Below the pieces are notes generated by a model, which made no database searches, had not been told where the DNA came from, and saw nothing but the letters and a program-made list of their open reading frames with translations. The translations under genes and the position numbers were made by a program. Shown piece after piece: positions 39,185 through 48,261 of a DNA stretch of 64,000 bases. The number at the start of each line of letters is the position of its first letter. Position 1 is the stretch's first letter. Origin of the DNA: Eubacteriales bacterium (GTDB lineage: Bacteria; Bacillota; Clostridia; Lachnospirales; Lachnospiraceae); NCBI GenBank assembly GCA_030524135.1, contig JAUNHA010000006.1, forward strand, positions 2,087 through 66,086. The letters are read 5' to 3'.

Positions 39185-40066
39185 ATGACGATCTTTCAGG
39201 TAGAATGCTTTATTGCCGTTGCCATACATCTGAATTTTGCCCAGGCAGCAAAACAGCTGCACATTTCCCAGCCTGCCGTCACCCGTCAGATTCAGACCCT
39301 GGAGACCGAGCTTCATGTTAAGCTCTTTTCACGGAGTACCCGAAATGTTCAGCTCACAGCCGAAGGAAGGGCATTTCTGACTGATGCCCGCACGATCGCC
39401 GCCGCCTCCAAACGGGCAATTCACCGTTTTTCCCTGCAGGATGAGGAGGAAGTTACGGAATTTCATATCGGATATTCCAGTGTATTTCATCTGGAATTTC
39501 TGACTGAAGCACTGAGAACGCTTTCGGCGGATTATCCGCAGGTGCATCCGCGTCTTCATCCGACTGCCGGTTCCCATCTCCCTGCATCGGTGGACGCAGA
39601 ATCGCTTGATGCCGCACTCAGCTGCCGCTCTCCAAAGGAAAAAAGCTCCCTGATGTACAGAGAGCTCAAAAAATCATCCTATGTCTGTGTCTGCCGCAGG
39701 GACTGCCCTCTTGCGTCTCTTGACCTCGTGACCGCTGATGATCTCCGACCATATGCCATGATCATTCAGGATCCCGGCACGCTGCTGCCGGAAGTGATCT
39801 CGGATCAGTGGGAGTGGGCGGATGAAAAAAAGCCTTCCCGCCTATATTTCTGCGAATCTACAGAAAGCTCCATGCTGCTCGTAAGCGCCGGGCTCGGCGT
39901 CACCATCATTCCTGATGTTTATGTTCCAAAGCATCCGGACCTTGCAGTCTGTGCGCTCGAAAGCAGCAAAAAGATTTCTTTCGGTCTGTACTTTAAGCGC
40001 GGCAGGGATACAGCTTACATGAAAGAATTTGCCGGACTTGTGAAAGCATATTTTGAGAAGCAGTGA
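39185..40066 (+). CDS. LysR family transcriptional regulator
   Basis: Track ORF 38999.. trimmed to ATG 39185 (MTIFQVECFIAVAIHLNFAQAAKQLHISQPAVTRQIQTLE). Confidence 0.8.
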   Translation: MTIFQVECFIAVAIHLNFAQAAKQLHISQPAVTRQIQTLETELHVKLFSRSTRNVQLTAEGRAFLTDARTIAAASKRAIHRFSLQDEEEVTEFHIGYSSVFHLEFLTEALRTLSADYPQVHPRLHPTAGSHLPASVDAESLDAALSCRSPKEKSSLMYRELKKSSYVCVCRRDCPLASLDLVTADDLRPYAMIIQDPGTLLPEVISDQWEWADEKKPSRLYFCESTESSMLLVSAGLGVTIIPDVYVPKHPDLAVCALESSKKISFGLYFKRGRDTAYMKEFAGLVKAYFEKQ

Positions 40067-40087
40067 GCCATTTCCCTGGATCATTCC

Positions 40088-41503
40088 CTAGATCACTTTA
40101 AAGCATTTCCATGTTCCGCCTTTAAAACGAAGCTGGAAAATAATCCCTCGTACCGTCCAGTCCAGACACATGGCACAGGCGATTCCCAGCACGCCAAGCT
40201 TCATCCAGATGCCGAATATCACGGAAAATACCAGACGGATACCAATCGTCGTAAACAGGGAGATCACCGTGGTAAACGCCACGTCTCCCGTCGCGCGAAG
40301 CCCTTTTCCAAGCGGATCGGCAAAGGGGAATACGAGGGCGCTGAACACATTGTGTATGAGAACCAGCAGCACCACCAGCCGCTTGGTTTCATCCGCAAGC
40401 GTATACAATCTCATCACAAAAGGCACGGCTGCAAAGATCAGTCCGTTCCATACGCAGGCAAATATCAGCGTTATTTTCATCAGCCTTTTAAAATAATATT
40501 CCGCAGCCGGAATATCCCCCGATCCCATACACTGTCCGATCACAGTGATGAATACCGGTCCCATGGTCACGCAGACCAGTGCCGCTACTGACCAGATGGA
40601 CTGTGCCACACCGTTTGCCGCGATCTGATAGGTTCCAAAGAGCGCTGCCACACTGCTGAGCGCTACTTTCACCAGCTGGAACACACCGCTTTCCAAGCCA
40701 TTCGGAATTGCGATCCGCAGAATCCTGTACTGCAAGTCTTTTTCGATTCTGAAAATATAGTGAAGCCCATACCGGACCGGGTTTGTCTCCGAAAAGCACA
40801 GCACAGTAATTACGACTGCTGTAAAGGCGCGGGATACAAGAGACGGCCATGCCACACCTGCCACTCCGGCATGCAGGACAAATACGCCGATGCAGTTTCC
40901 CACGATATTGATTACATTCGCCGCGATGGAAATGTTCATCGTCGTGCCGGTCTTTCCAAAGCTCCGGTAAAGTGCTGCGCCCGCATTATAGACGGCAAGC
41001 GCCGGATAGGAATATGCTGAGATCCTCAGATATGTCACACAGGCCTCCATCACATCGTCCTCTACCTGTCCGAACATCAGCCGCATCAGACTTTCATTGA
41101 CCAGCAGCACGACTGCAGTTATCATGGCGGAAAACAGCACCGAAGACAGAAAAAGCTGGCTGGCAGCCTCTCCCGCCCTGTCATTTTCCCGTCGTCCAAT
41201 ATACTGGCTTATGACCACCGCACCTCCGGCAGCAAGCGCTGTAAACAGGTTGATAAAGATCGTATTGAACGCGTTGACCAGTGACACTCCGGAAACATTC
41301 GCCTCACCGGTAAAGCCGACGATAAAAATATCCGACATTCCCACAAGACTGATCAGAAGCTGCTCCATAAACAGCGGAATGATCAGATTTTTCAGATCCC
41401 AGTCAGAAAACAGGGCATTTCCGCCTGTCGCATTTTTCTTTGGCATTTTTTTCTCTGATACATTTTTAACTGATACATTTTTCTCCGGTACGTTTGCTGA
41501 CAT
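40088..41503 (-). CDS. MATE family efflux transporter
   Basis: 471 aa with 12 predicted TM segments and a MATE-like repeat pattern. Confidence 0.8.
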   Translation of the reverse strand: MSANVPEKNVSVKNVSEKKMPKKNATGGNALFSDWDLKNLIIPLFMEQLLISLVGMSDIFIVGFTGEANVSGVSLVNAFNTIFINLFTALAAGGAVVISQYIGRRENDRAGEAASQLFLSSVLFSAMITAVVLLVNESLMRLMFGQVEDDVMEACVTYLRISAYSYPALAVYNAGAALYRSFGKTGTTMNISIAANVINIVGNCIGVFVLHAGVAGVAWPSLVSRAFTAVVITVLCFSETNPVRYGLHYIFRIEKDLQYRILRIAIPNGLESGVFQLVKVALSSVAALFGTYQIAANGVAQSIWSVAALVCVTMGPVFITVIGQCMGSGDIPAAEYYFKRLMKITLIFACVWNGLIFAAVPFVMRLYTLADETKRLVVLLVLIHNVFSALVFPFADPLGKGLRATGDVAFTTVISLFTTIGIRLVFSVIFGIWMKLGVLGIACAMCLDWTVRGIIFQLRFKGGTWKCFKVI

Positions 41504-41638
41504 AAAAACCGCCTCACAAATAAAAATGGCGCTCCTTTCGGAACGCCCTGATCATACCGCTTGTATGCCGCAATGTAAAATACCTGACCCGCATAGAGAA
41601 TCATGTGTTTTGGGAATGTCTCATTGTAAGCGGCTTTT

Positions 41639-42520
41639 TCAATTCTGAAATTCCTGCACATACTGCCGGAAATATTTTACAAACTCCGTCACGACCGCAG
41701 GATATACCTGGGATTTTTTCCAGACGAGCAGATTCGCAGATCTTAGCGGGGGATATAACGGGATCTCCCGCATCCCCTCATAATGGCAGTCGCGCTTCAG
41801 ATTGATACAGACGCCCTGTTCGCTCCGCGCCATAACGGCAAGGTTATAATTCAGATTCCCGGTCGCAATAATATTCAATTTATCCGCATAGGGTCCGAAC
41901 CAGTTCATCAGCTCATTCTGAACCAGTGTCCGCGTTGTCATAAACAGCGGCATCACCGCAAGATCCTCCGGGGTAAGCCGGTCTCTGGCTGCAAGTTCTG
42001 ATTCAGCACCCACGAGCGCCGTCCACTCCTCCTGCTCCGGCAGGCGTATAAACTCATACCGGCTGACTTCTACCGGCTCCATCAATAACCCAAGATCCAA
42101 AAGACCATTTTCAAGCTGCTCCTTGATATTATCGGAATTTCCGCTGTAAATATCGAGGCTCACCTGCGGGTGCTCTCTGCGAAATGCTGCTATCGCGTCA
42201 AACAGAAACCGGGAATTTTTAAATTCTCCGCTTCCGATCGCGATTCTGCCGGTCAACGTCTGATTCTTATTTAAAATCTCAGCCTCTGTCTTTTCTGCAA
42301 GCGCCACCAGCTCCTGTGCCCTGCGGCGAAGGAGAAGTCCGTCCTCTGTCAGCGTTATCCGCTGCTTTCCCCTGTGAAATAAAGTCGTGTGTAGCTCTTC
42401 CTCCAGCTGCTGGATCTGTCTGGAAAGGGAAGGCTGCGTAATATGAACGCTCTGCGCAGCTCTCGTGATGTTCTCCTCACGGGCAACCGCCAGAAAATAT
42501 TTTAATACTCTCAGATCCAT
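41639..42520 (-). CDS. LysR family transcriptional regulator
   Basis: Trimmed to ATG 42520 (RBS AGAGGAG). N-terminus MDLRVLKYFLAVAREENITRAAQSVHITQPSLSRQIQQLE. Confidence 0.85.
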   Translation of the reverse strand: MDLRVLKYFLAVAREENITRAAQSVHITQPSLSRQIQQLEEELHTTLFHRGKQRITLTEDGLLLRRRAQELVALAEKTEAEILNKNQTLTGRIAIGSGEFKNSRFLFDAIAAFRREHPQVSLDIYSGNSDNIKEQLENGLLDLGLLMEPVEVSRYEFIRLPEQEEWTALVGAESELAARDRLTPEDLAVMPLFMTTRTLVQNELMNWFGPYADKLNIIATGNLNYNLAVMARSEQGVCINLKRDCHYEGMREIPLYPPLRSANLLVWKKSQVYPAVVTEFVKYFRQYVQEFQN

Positions 42521-42589
42521 ATTTGTCTGTCTCCTCTTTCCTAAAACTATAGCGAAGACAGCTTTTTCTGTCAATCATTCCGTCCGGGT

Positions 42590-43861
42590 TTAATCTTTCA
42601 GGCATCCCAGTGGAACAACATAAACACCGTCCTTTCTGCGGTAAGCGATCTCAGTTCCTGTTAAAATCATCAGGAAAGACGGTTCCCGCATTTTCCCGGT
42701 ATTCACTTTATCTTTCAATTCCAGCAAATGCGCTGCTGCTTCTTCAATCTCTTTTGACCCTAATTTCACCTCAACCGCTGCCCAACGGCCATCGTTCAAT
42801 GCAATAACAGCATCTGCCTCCAAACCGCTTCCATCACGATAATGAAAAATCTGTCCATCAATTGCTTCCGCATAAATGCGTAAATCCCGATCACACAGGG
42901 ACTCAAAAAGAAAACCAAAATAATTGAAATCTTCCAACAGTCTTGACGGGGTTAATCGCATAACTGCTGCTGCAATAGACGGGTCAACAAACTGTCGTTT
43001 TGGCGATGTACGGATTGCTGTCTTAGAACGCAGAGCCGGATTCCATGCGGGCAAATTCTCTGTAAGAAAAATCCGGTCCAATGCACTCAGGTACTGACTA
43101 ATTGTTTTCTCTGAAATACTTTCGTCCGCATCTCCCATGGCAATATCATTGTGGATCGTTCTAATTGTTGCCAGCGTCGAAATATTTCTGGAAAGAGATC
43201 TCAGCAGCGCTCTCACCCGAACCGGATTCTTTTCAATACCATCTACTCTGGAAACATCTGCATTGATAACCGCTTCCACATAGTCAATGGCATGGCGCAA
43301 CGCAATTTTCTCTGTTTTCCCAATGGATGCCGGCCAACCGCCACGCACGATTGCAAATGAAATCTGCTCTATTGTCAAAGTTGAAAAATTGTCGATTTCT
43401 ATTTCCCCATCAAACAACGCTTTTAAAGAAACGCTGCCATTGGATTCCATAGATTCGTAAAGGCTCATGGGACGCATCATCAATCTGGAAATCCGTCCCG
43501 TACCCGTATGCTGAACTACATTATCCTTTGGAACCGCTGAACCTGTCAAAATAAACTGTCCAGGCTTCCCACGCTGATCTACCATAAAACGTACTGCGTC
43601 CCAAAGCACTGGTGCGGTCTGCCACTCATCCAACAGTCTCGGTGTGTCGCCTTTTAAGAGCAGCGACGGTTTTATATCTGCTGCTTTCAAATAAGAAATC
43701 GCATTGTCCGGATCCTGCATAAACAAATGGCTTTTCGAATTTTCCAAAGCTGTCCTGGTTTTACCACACCATTTCGGTCCTTCAATCAGCACAGCACCAC
43801 TCGCTGTCAATCGTTCCTGCAATACACGATCAGCGATTCGCCTCAGATATTTATTTTCCAT
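42590..43861 (-). CDS. AAA-type ATP-binding protein (AAA_14 + DUF4143-like architecture)
   Basis: 423 aa. Walker A GPKWCGKT and a Walker-B-like LLDEW. The C-terminal half looks like the restriction-endonuclease-fold DUF4143 region; this call is by resemblance only. Confidence 0.65.
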   Translation of the reverse strand: MENKYLRRIADRVLQERLTASGAVLIEGPKWCGKTRTALENSKSHLFMQDPDNAISYLKAADIKPSLLLKGDTPRLLDEWQTAPVLWDAVRFMVDQRGKPGQFILTGSAVPKDNVVQHTGTGRISRLMMRPMSLYESMESNGSVSLKALFDGEIEIDNFSTLTIEQISFAIVRGGWPASIGKTEKIALRHAIDYVEAVINADVSRVDGIEKNPVRVRALLRSLSRNISTLATIRTIHNDIAMGDADESISEKTISQYLSALDRIFLTENLPAWNPALRSKTAIRTSPKRQFVDPSIAAAVMRLTPSRLLEDFNYFGFLFESLCDRDLRIYAEAIDGQIFHYRDGSGLEADAVIALNDGRWAAVEVKLGSKEIEEAAAHLLELKDKVNTGKMREPSFLMILTGTEIAYRRKDGVYVVPLGCLKD

Positions 43862-43905
43862 AAGCCACCTCCATCAAACCTTTTCCATAGAAATAGAATA
43901 TCATT

Positions 43906-44030
43906 CACTTCCGAAAATATCAAGGTTTCACTTCCGACTTTATTGCAATTTTACTTCCTATTTTGTTGCAATTCTACTTCCGATTTTATTGGCATTTCAC
44001 TCCCGACTTTATTTTTTCACTTCCACGCTT
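43906..44030. repeat. six iteron-like direct repeats with 23-bp period
   Basis: The CACTTCCG / TACTTCC(T/G) / CACTCCCG cores start at 43906, 43929, 43952, 43975, 43998 and 44018. The unit is approximately (C/T)ACTTCCGAyTTTATTGCAATTT. Confidence 0.8.
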
Positions 44031-44200
44031 ACACAGCCCATTTGCAAAAGGCTACTCTCTGTTTGGATTTTACATGATAACCCACTGAGATGATAACATC
44101 CGGATTATAGTATTCTGTCATATGGGTCTGTATTTTACCCTTGATTGCTCCATGGGAAATGGTAGTCGCAAATTTTACGACTACCACTTGGTTTTCTAAA
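44029..44200 (-). pseudogene. RhuM-family gene fragment
   Basis: The translated piece ...VVVKFATTISHGAIKGKIQTHMTEYYNPDVIISVGYHVKSKQRVAFCKWA resembles the conserved core of RhuM-family proteins (YNLDxIISVGYRVxS...FRxWA). Both ends are truncated. Confidence 0.55.
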
Positions 44201-44204
44201 TCCA

Positions 44205-44405
44205 ACTTAGGCACTGTCCAAGTCAGTGCCCAAGTTAATGACCAAGTTAAAAATTTAGATGTCACAACGCATTCTAATTTTTTGCAGTAAACCCAGAAGT
44301 AAGCAGGAGATATGCGCTCATTTAGGATATGAAAAAATGATCATTCCAGACAAGCCAAGGAGCCGGAGTCAAAAGTATGTTGTAGTCGGAGGTTATACCA
44401 AGTGA
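44205..44405 (+). pseudogene. frameshifted remnant of the C-terminal end of an AlbA_2/HATPase-type regulator gene
   Basis: The pieces ...VQVSAQVNDQVKNLDV... and RILIFCSKPRSKQEICAHLGYEKMIIPDKPRSRSQKYVVVGGYTK* lie in two different frames. This is the typical tail of that protein family. Confidence 0.5.
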
Positions 44406-44491
44406 TGCAGCCGATCTCGATTGAGAATTATCCTGGCTTGCTAAAAGCCTTTGGTAATACAGTGTTTATCTGCCGTTCTAACTGACAGACT

Positions 44492-44503
44492 CCCCCCCCC
44501 CCC
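44492..44503. repeat. C12 homopolymer tract
   Basis: 12 consecutive C residues, counted by hand, in non-coding remnant DNA. Confidence 0.9.
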
Positions 44504-44689
44504 ACGCAGACTTTGCACATTCCTCCATATAGAAAGTTCGTGCCTGCTCATCCGGTACACGTATCAAAATGCGGTAATGTGATCAATTTAAATTGCTCCA
44601 CACTGTGGAGCAATTTGGAAAGGTACAATAAATCATTTCACCGTTCCGGTGAAACTATCATATTCTCTGAAACACAAACTTGCCAACAG

Positions 44690-44840
44690 GTATTACCTAA
44701 CAAATTAGATGTGATAAAGATCCATGTTACAACCCAAGTTAAGCCCGATGAAAAGATTCTGAGTTTTTGCATGGAACCTCACTCGAAAGCAGAAATTGCG
44801 GAGCATTACGGATATAAAAACACAAATATTTTCACATCAA
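44690..44840 (+). pseudogene. second remnant of the same regulator-tail family
   Basis: ...TTQVKPDEKILSFCMEPHSKAEIAEHYGYKNTNIF... occurs inside the otherwise implausible ORF 44513..44911. Confidence 0.4.
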
Positions 44841-44844
44841 AAAA

Positions 44845-44896
44845 CCGGCGGTCGGAACACTCAGTATGCGTCCGATCCGCCGGATATTTTTATTTC
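44845..44896 (+). terminator. strong hairpin terminator, probably bidirectional
   Basis: CCGGCGGTCGGA...TCCGATCCGCCGG with one bulge, followed by ATATTTTTATTT. It abuts the stop of the convergent dioxygenase gene. Confidence 0.65.
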
Positions 44897-44907
44897 TTTG
44901 ATGTATT

Positions 44908-45675
44908 TTAAACAAAGAGATAAGATGTCATAGACAGACTTCCCAGCTCACAGCCTTCATTCCAGACTTCAGCCTTCCTTCCCTCTGCTGCTCCTGCTGC
45001 AGCAAGCAGCGGATAAAAATTTTCCGGTGTCGGTACTGCCTTCGCATAGCTGCTTAATTGATCAGCTTCCAATAACTGTGTTTCATTTCCTGTAAGAATA
45101 CTGTTTTTTATATAGGCATCAAACGCATACGCCCATGGGGCGCCGTCCGGATTTCTCCAATCCACCTTGCGCAGATTGTGGACTACATTGCCGCTCGCCA
45201 GGATCAGTACACCTTCCTCTGAGAGGCCCTTTAACTTTTTGCCTATCTTCAGAATCTCGCTGGGCGTGTAGTCCGTGGGCGTACTCATCATTACCACCGG
45301 TATATCCGCTCCCGGATACATATTACATAGCACCGTCCATATTCCATGGTCGATTCCCCATGTATTGTCCTCTGACGCCGTACCGTCAAGCAGACTGAGA
45401 ACCTGCTCTGCCAGCAGCTCATCTCCAGGCGGCTCATAGTGAATTTCGTATAATTCTTTTGGAAATCCATACATATCGTTGATCTGCGGATTATCCTCTG
45501 CGGTCCGTATCCGCACGCCCTTTGTCATCCAGTGTGCGGAAATAGCCAGTATCGCTCCGGGTCTTCCGATCTTTTCTCCCATTTCGCGTATTCCTTTCCG
45601 GAACCGGCTTTCCTCGATCGCGATCATTGGAGAACCATGTCCCGCAAATACCACAGGCAGTCTTTGTATCTCCAT
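44908..45675 (-). CDS. class III extradiol dioxygenase (LigB / 4,5-DOPA dioxygenase, YgiD-like)
   Basis: 255 aa. The N-terminus LPVVFAGHGSPM and the HW/HG metal-ligand pattern are typical of the family. Confidence 0.75.
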   Translation of the reverse strand: MEIQRLPVVFAGHGSPMIAIEESRFRKGIREMGEKIGRPGAILAISAHWMTKGVRIRTAEDNPQINDMYGFPKELYEIHYEPPGDELLAEQVLSLLDGTASEDNTWGIDHGIWTVLCNMYPGADIPVVMMSTPTDYTPSEILKIGKKLKGLSEEGVLILASGNVVHNLRKVDWRNPDGAPWAYAFDAYIKNSILTGNETQLLEADQLSSYAKAVPTPENFYPLLAAAGAAEGRKAEVWNEGCELGSLSMTSYLFV

Positions 45676-45693
45676 TCATTATCATCTCCATTT

Positions 45694-46158
45694 CTATTCA
45701 GAAATTTCTTTTTCGTACAGGACCCGGTCTTCATCCTTAAATACATTGAAGACCACCCGGTCAATTTCCGCCTCATGCTCCTCCAGAAACCGGCTTACCG
45801 TGCGCACGGCGATTCTTGCCGCCTCGTCATTCGGGAAATGAAATTCTCCAGTACTGATACAGCAAAATGCCACAGACCGGAGCCTTCTCTTCACACAGCA
45901 ATCCAGTACACTCCTGTAGCAGTTCTCCAGATCCTTTCGCAGACTGTCCGTAAGGTTCCCTGTGACGATTGGTCCTACTGTATGAATGACATACTTTGCG
46001 GGAAGATTATAACCCTTTGTCAGCATTGCCTGACCGACAGGCTCCTCATAGCGCTGACCATACTGGATCCGTTTACGGTTCATCTGATGGCTGCACTCCG
46101 CCCGCAGTTCGATTCCTGCCGCGCTGTGAATGGCATTCCCGACCCCTATCCGAATCAC
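45694..46158 (-). pseudogene. macro-domain ADP-ribose hydrolase gene lacking its 5' part
   Basis: Homology begins abruptly at ...NAIHSAAGIELRAEC... and continues through YVIHTVGP and ISTGEFHFP. An in-frame TAA lies two codons upstream of the track start. The expected GDIT...VDAIVNAAN N-terminal region is missing. Confidence 0.75.
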
Positions 46159-47956
46159 ACATTAGATCAGACCTGATATCTGCTGATACATCCGGGGGTA
46201 TGTAACCGGCCGCGCCGAAGAAAGATGAATAGTCATCCTCCGGGCAGCCTTTCAGGTAAATATGGCAGACGGGAACACCATCTTTATAAATAATATACAC
46301 CTTTTCGATAAGAACTTGCAACAGAGTTACAAGCACTTCCGGCGTGGCTTCCGCAGCAAACTCTTTAAATGATTTCAGCTTTTCCCTCACGCCCACCAAA
46401 TCCTTTGTGATTTTCGCGTGCAGCATATCTTCCTCTGATAATTCATTCAACAGCCGCTCCTTCTTTTCCAGCTCAGCAGACATCACAGCTATATCATTCT
46501 GAATGAACTTTCTGATTGTCATATCAGCTTCACGCATATTCCTTACCTGAGCAGCAATGTCGTTTTTCAAACTGCCGATAGACGCTTCCAATTCCCTGAC
46601 TTCCTGCTCGTTGGTGTTATCCTTTATCATAGCTGAAAGTCTTGTCTCGAAAAGCTCTTCTGCATATTCGTTGTTCCTGTCACTCAAGTCTGCTATTTTT
46701 GAAACGACAAATTCATCCAGAATAACTCCATCTATTGCCTTGAACTGGCATTCCTTCTTTCTGAAACCTGGACACACATACTTAAATCTTGGTTTTCCGT
46801 TCTGCCACCGCCCTGATTCCGGCACAACTTTTAGCCGCTTTCCACAGTGAGGGCAAAAAATCAATCCTGCCAAAAGAGCGTTCGTCCTGCGATGCGGTCT
46901 GTTATATCGCTCTGCAATCGTTTCTAATAAATCCTGTGCCGCAATCCATGTGGCTGATGATATCATCCCCTCATGCTTTCCAACCGAAACGATCCACTCT
47001 TCCACTGGCTTCCGCTCTGTCGCTTTCACAAATCTGGGGTGAAAAAATGTCGAATTCTCATCTTCCAATTTCATTTGATCAGTCTTGTTATAAGCAGAAA
47101 TTCCGTGCAGACCATCATAATCCGTTTCATCTCCCGAGATATTTGCGCCCTTATCCATAAAAAACAGGTAAGCTTCTCTGTCTGCCGTGCAGTAAATAGG
47201 ATTTTTCAGGATATCCTTAACTGCCAGCATTGTAAATGCTGCCCCATTTTTAGTTCTATACTCCCGATTCAATATTGTCGCGGTTGCATTCAGCGAGCGG
47301 GTATCCAAAAAAGTCTGAAAAAGCTTTTTTATCAATATCCGTTCTTCGGGAATCGGAACCAGAAAACTCACAGCACTTTTATTCTTCCCACTTCCTGTCC
47401 CTACTCGTTCCTTCGTAAATCCTGTAGGTGTTGTACCACCCATCCATCGACCATCCTTTGCCAGTTCCATCAGATTATCCTGAATTCTTTCTGTAAGGAT
47501 GTCTCGCTCAAACTCTGCAATTATAGCCAGAACCTGAATGATGATTTTTGAAGTGCTGATTTGCGTATTTATATTGTTTGAGCATACCAGCAAAATCACA
47601 TCCCGTCGTTCCAGATACTCAAGGAGCCTCATCAAATCCGATGTCTTACGGCTGATGCGATCCAACTTATAACATGCAATCGCTTTGATCTTTCCTGCAT
47701 CTATATCCCTAAGCATCCTCTGAAAATCCGGACGGTCGGAATAATAACCGCTTAGACCTTTATCACTGTATTCCAAGAACTCATACTCTTCAGGAAGATT
47801 CAACTGACTTGCCGCATAATCTTTACTTTGCTTAATCTGGACGCCAATGCTGTCTCCCTTATTTGTAATCACGGATTTTCTGCTGTAAACTGCTACCTTC
47901 CGATCATCTGCCAGCAGTGTGGTCCTTCTCTTTCTTTTTGTAATCACTTTGCTCAC
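46073..47956 (-). CDS. large serine recombinase
   Basis: 627 aa with a GTG start after AGAGGAAAGGA. Resolvase-type N-terminal domain (VAVYSRKS...), recombinase domain, zinc-ribbon (CPHCGKRL...YVCPGF) and coiled coil. The last ~85 nt overlap the macro-gene remnant in another frame. Confidence 0.9.
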   Translation of the reverse strand: MSKVITKRKRRTTLLADDRKVAVYSRKSVITNKGDSIGVQIKQSKDYAASQLNLPEEYEFLEYSDKGLSGYYSDRPDFQRMLRDIDAGKIKAIACYKLDRISRKTSDLMRLLEYLERRDVILLVCSNNINTQISTSKIIIQVLAIIAEFERDILTERIQDNLMELAKDGRWMGGTTPTGFTKERVGTGSGKNKSAVSFLVPIPEERILIKKLFQTFLDTRSLNATATILNREYRTKNGAAFTMLAVKDILKNPIYCTADREAYLFFMDKGANISGDETDYDGLHGISAYNKTDQMKLEDENSTFFHPRFVKATERKPVEEWIVSVGKHEGMISSATWIAAQDLLETIAERYNRPHRRTNALLAGLIFCPHCGKRLKVVPESGRWQNGKPRFKYVCPGFRKKECQFKAIDGVILDEFVVSKIADLSDRNNEYAEELFETRLSAMIKDNTNEQEVRELEASIGSLKNDIAAQVRNMREADMTIRKFIQNDIAVMSAELEKKERLLNELSEEDMLHAKITKDLVGVREKLKSFKEFAAEATPEVLVTLLQVLIEKVYIIYKDGVPVCHIYLKGCPEDDYSSFFGAAGYIPPDVSADIRSDLMCDSDRGRECHSQRGRNRTAGGVQPSDEP

Positions 47957-47978
47957 TCCTTTCCTCTGATTAACTTCT

Positions 47979-48140
47979 TTATGCTGCCTGTTCCTTACTA
48001 ACTGTCAAAAGTTCCTTTAGCGCTATCAACTCATCCGCTGACCATTCGCTTATCTGCTGCATGAGAAATTCAATTCGTTTTTTATCAAATTCATGCAGAT
48101 ATACATCTGAATCCGATGCACGGTGAATCATTGCCTCCAT
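47979..48140 (-). CDS. possible small ORF (53 aa) upstream of the recombinase
   Basis: MEAMIHRASDSDVYLHEFDKKRIEFLMQQISEWSADELIALKELLTVSKEQAA, preceded by the RBS AGGGGG. It is below the track cut-off and has no recognised family. Confidence 0.3.
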   Translation of the reverse strand: MEAMIHRASDSDVYLHEFDKKRIEFLMQQISEWSADELIALKELLTVSKEQAA

Positions 48141-48261
48141 AGTTTTAATCTGCCCCCTTTCAAACTTATGTAAGGCAAAAGGGAGCTTGCGCTCCCTTAA
48201 AGCAAGGATACCGTACCTCGTGCGAAAAGGCGAGGATGTCGATTTTACTGTAAGCCGATAC

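Noticed and set aside
43906-44030. A possible CRISPR array.
   Set aside because: The repeats are directly abutting with no spacers, and there are no cas genes anywhere in the window.
43704-44093. The + strand ORFs 43704..44093 and 43727..44077.
   Set aside because: They are read-through of the 23-bp tandem repeats (periodic peptide sequence) and are not genes.
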